A stretch of DNA of 64,000 nt from an uncultured Eubacteriales bacterium (GTDB lineage: Bacteria; Acidobacteriota; Aminicenantia; Aminicenantales; Aminicenantaceae): contig CAZOJY010000003.1 of the NCBI GenBank assembly GCA_964580235.1, forward strand, positions 934 to 64,933. Direction: 5' to 3'. This document shows positions 62,946 to 64,000 of the stretch, piece by piece; position 1 is the stretch's first letter; each line of letters begins with the position of its first letter. The notes under the pieces were generated by a model. It searched no databases. It worked only from the letters and a program-made list of their open reading frames with translations, and had not been told where the DNA came from. The translations under genes and the position numbers were made by a program.

Positions 62946-63854
62946 ATGTCACAAAAGAAATGGGGCAGCGGCGATATCCCTGACCAGAAAGGCCGCGTAG
63001 CGGTTGTAACGGGATCCAGCAGCGGCATCGGCTGTGAAACCGCTCGTGTCCTTGCGAGCAAAAACGCCACGGTGATTGCGGCCGTACGGAATCCGCAAAA
63101 GGGCGGTTCCGCCCTGAATAAAATAAAAGCCGCTGACCGGGATGCAGATGTAAGGATTATGGAATTGGACCTGGCCAGCCTTAAACACGTGCGCAGCTTT
63201 GCCGCGGAATTTAAGAAGAATTTTTCTCATCTGGATCTGCTGATCAACAATGCGGGAGTCATGATGCCTCCTTGCTCAAGAACTTCTGACGGATTCGAAC
63301 TTCAGTTCGGGACGAATCATTTGGGACATTTTGCCTTAACCGGTCATTTGATGGAGCTGGTTTTAAATACAGAGAGTTCCCGTGTTGTCAATGTCAGCAG
63401 CACTGTCCATAAAGGCGGGAAATTGGATTTCAGCGATCTCAATTGGGAAAAACGCACGTATAAAAAAATGCAGGCATACAGCGACAGCAAAATCGCCAAC
63501 CTCTATTTCACATACGAACTTGAAAGAAGGCTGAAAAAAAAAGGATCGAATACGATCGCCGTCGCCTCACATCCGGGTTGGACAGGGACAGAACTTCAAA
63601 GACACACTCCAGTATTGAATTTTTTGAATCGTTTTCTCTCACAAGATGTTGATATGGGAGCACTGCCGACACTCTATGCTGCTGTCGCTCCGGATGTTAA
63701 AAGCGGCGATTATTATGGCCCGGCAGGCTGGCTGGAGATGAGAGGATATCCGAAGAAGGTAGAATCCAACAAGCTATCACATGATCCAGAAATTGCTCGA
63801 AAACTCTGGAACGTGTCAGAAGAATTGACAGGGATTCAATATGAGATTTTGTAG
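62946..63854 (+). CDS. Short-chain dehydrogenase/reductase (SDR) family oxidoreductase
   Basis: 302 aa. TGSSSGIG cofactor motif, NNAG, and the catalytic YSDSK (YxxxK) motif. Confidence 0.88.
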   Translation: MSQKKWGSGDIPDQKGRVAVVTGSSSGIGCETARVLASKNATVIAAVRNPQKGGSALNKIKAADRDADVRIMELDLASLKHVRSFAAEFKKNFSHLDLLINNAGVMMPPCSRTSDGFELQFGTNHLGHFALTGHLMELVLNTESSRVVNVSSTVHKGGKLDFSDLNWEKRTYKKMQAYSDSKIANLYFTYELERRLKKKGSNTIAVASHPGWTGTELQRHTPVLNFLNRFLSQDVDMGALPTLYAAVAPDVKSGDYYGPAGWLEMRGYPKKVESNKLSHDPEIARKLWNVSEELTGIQYEIL

Positions 63855-64000
63855 CAAATTCGGATGATGCTCCGACCGATGCAAATGAATGAAACCTGGT
63901 AAGTTGTTTCCTTAGAACACTTTCTATTTCTTTTTGGGAATCGCCATGTAGATGTTGCCCGTATTTTCGCTCATCCATATAACAAGTTTGTCCGCGGCCA

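Noticed and set aside
63697-64000. 93-aa minus-strand ORF (63697-63978) overlapping the 3' end of the SDR gene, and a possible 24-codon C-terminal fragment of a minus-strand gene running off the window edge (63924-64000, ...AADKLVIWMSENTGNIYMAIPKKK-stop).
   Set aside because: The 93-aa ORF overlaps the well-supported SDR gene by ~158 nt and has no recognisable motif. The edge fragment is plausible as the tail of a truncated gene but is far too short to support a call.
1-64000. Search for rRNA, tRNA, CRISPR arrays, transposases, integrases, phage genes, toxin-antitoxin or known defence-system genes.
   Set aside because: Intergenic regions are short and AT-rich, without cloverleaf-like GC-rich segments or regularly spaced direct repeats. 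No ORF showed recombinase, transposase, nuclease or defence hallmarks. This was a by-eye inspection only, so small ncRNAs cannot be excluded.

Overview
This 64-kb chromosomal window holds about 45 tightly packed protein genes. I found no rRNA, tRNA, CRISPR array, transposase or integrase. All product calls come from reading motifs in the supplied translations; no alignment or HMM search was run. The gene content points to an anaerobic, diderm, probably uncultured bacterium: many Fe-S and flavin enzymes, hemerythrin, Tat and Sec signals, OmpA, and a VWA protein with an Acidobacteria-style N-domain. An Acidobacteriota/Aminicenantia-like origin is an inference only.

The region from 0 to 30 kb contains:
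- an ECF sigma/anti-sigma pair with a CBM9/DUF5916-like envelope protein;
- an AlkD/YhaZ-like repair protein;
- a five-gene operon (6.2-13.2 kb) encoding two single-domain receivers, an [FeFe]-hydrogenase-like sensor histidine kinase, a REC-PAS-kinase hybrid and a fused NfnA-NfnB transhydrogenase;
- a cyclophilin, a VKOR-DsbA fusion and an OmpR/HK pair;
- a peptidase island (one M24 and two M14 genes);
- VWA and OmpA proteins, an orphan Tat-type molybdopterin subunit and a hemerythrin.

The most unusual part lies between 30 and 62 kb. Eight paralogous exported PQQ-like beta-propeller proteins are present, each with a conserved W-P-x-x-R-G motif just after its export signal. Six of them sit in a ~20.7-kb, 15-gene translationally coupled operon (31765-52515). 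That operon also encodes an NHL propeller, a small Tat Cys-protein, a NapG-like Tat ferredoxin, a NapH/NosR/CcoG-type membrane polyferredoxin, a fused NuoE-NuoF flavoprotein, a [2Fe-2S]-GltD-like oxidoreductase, a GT4 glycosyltransferase and a YbbAP/MacB-type ABC exporter. It converges, stop to stop with 15 bp between, on a four-gene operon: an FAD/Fe-S dehydrogenase, an unusual split glutamate-synthase-like pair and the eighth propeller. I know of no characterised pathway with this composition. I propose it is a candidate NAD(P)H/ferredoxin-driven periplasmic redox or envelope system.
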